A stretch of DNA of 64,000 nucleotides, taken from assembly GCA_030607875.1 (NCBI GenBank), contig JAUWJD010000015.1, positions 731-64,730 of the forward strand, given 5' to 3'. This stretch comes from Chloroflexota bacterium. GTDB taxonomy: Bacteria; Chloroflexota; Anaerolineae; UBA2200. This document shows, in pieces, positions 63,874 to 64,000 of this stretch (positions within the stretch are counted from its first letter, which is position 1; every line of letters starts with the position of its first letter). A model generated the notes under the pieces. That model was not told where the DNA came from. It saw only the letters and a program-made list of their open reading frames with translations, and searched no databases. The position numbers were made by a program, and so were the translations under genes.

Positions 63874-64000
63874 CCTATTGAAGCAGCGCGCCAGAGCAGC
63901 AGTCCAGAACTCTTTGCCACCCTTGATCCTCATCGCCCTGTTCCTGGCAGTGTGGCAGTGCGCGACCTGGTTGTGGCATATCGAGGCCTATCTGCTGCCT
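63866..64000 (+). CDS. ABC transporter permease (NitT/TauT/ThiX-type), 3'-truncated by the window end
   Basis: MPDLLKQRARAAVQNSLPPLILIALFLAVWQCATWLWHIEAYLLP.. has the typical N-terminus ending in the yLLP(sP) motif. The ATG overlaps the upstream stop region by 8 nt. Confidence 0.6.
   Translation, partial: MPDLLKQRARAAVQNSLPPLILIALFLAVWQCATWLWHIEAYLLP

Noticed and set aside
1-64000. Mobile elements, prophage, defence islands, toxin-antitoxin pairs, and rRNA/tRNA genes.
   Set aside because: I found no transposase, integrase or recombinase motifs, no inverted-repeat-bounded insertions, and no tRNA-like T-loop sequences in the intergenic regions I read. Absence is based on manual reading only.

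Overview
This is a 64-kb, high-GC chromosomal segment. From gene content alone, with no search run, it looks like a Chloroflexota/Anaerolineae-type anaerobe. It is mostly a housekeeping backbone with cell-envelope and exoprotein genes interleaved; I saw no transposase, integrase, CRISPR array, rRNA or tRNA. Contents in order:
- A 5'-truncated beta-helix/DUF11 exoprotein.
- A WbaP-type phosphoglycosyltransferase.
- A complete CIRCE-controlled hrcA-grpE-dnaK / dnaJ-prmA-rsmE block.
- An exonuclease-DinG helicase.
- A decayed MalT-like regulator, a DUF2085 protein and dnaN.
- asnS translationally coupled to a GH1 beta-glucosidase.
- A 1345-aa YfhO-like::Wzx flippase fusion, divergent from a PglC-like sugar transferase.
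- A region of Pro/Thr-linker exoproteins: a 581-aa protein plus two giants of 1981 and about 1412 aa. It surrounds a small selenium island (yedF remnant, DUF3343, selD).
- pcrA, then tldD-pmbA.
- A ten-gene redox operon: MoaD-like, AOR, Fe-S protein, HdrA-MvhD, HdrC-like, MvhD, Fe-S protein, HydB-like, HydG-like, polyferredoxin.
- A translationally coupled operon of sxtJ-like, carbamoyltransferase, SGNH and DUF5989 genes, with a GT-C gene downstream.
- A TPP riboswitch in front of a methyltransferase, a YkoF-like protein and an ABC permease.

The main results an ORF track cannot show are two in-frame UGA selenocysteine codons. selD has one at 28169-28171 and hdrA has one at 49803-49805, and each repairs an apparently truncated or split gene.

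The most interesting candidate system is the AOR + Sec-HdrA/MvhD + Flx/sulfhydrogenase-like cluster, which lacks HdrB. It has the logic of a flavin-based electron-bifurcating complex, but I do not know a characterised complex with this composition.

All functional calls rest on motifs I recognise by eye in the translations. No database or HMM search was run, and coordinates of small sites were counted by hand.
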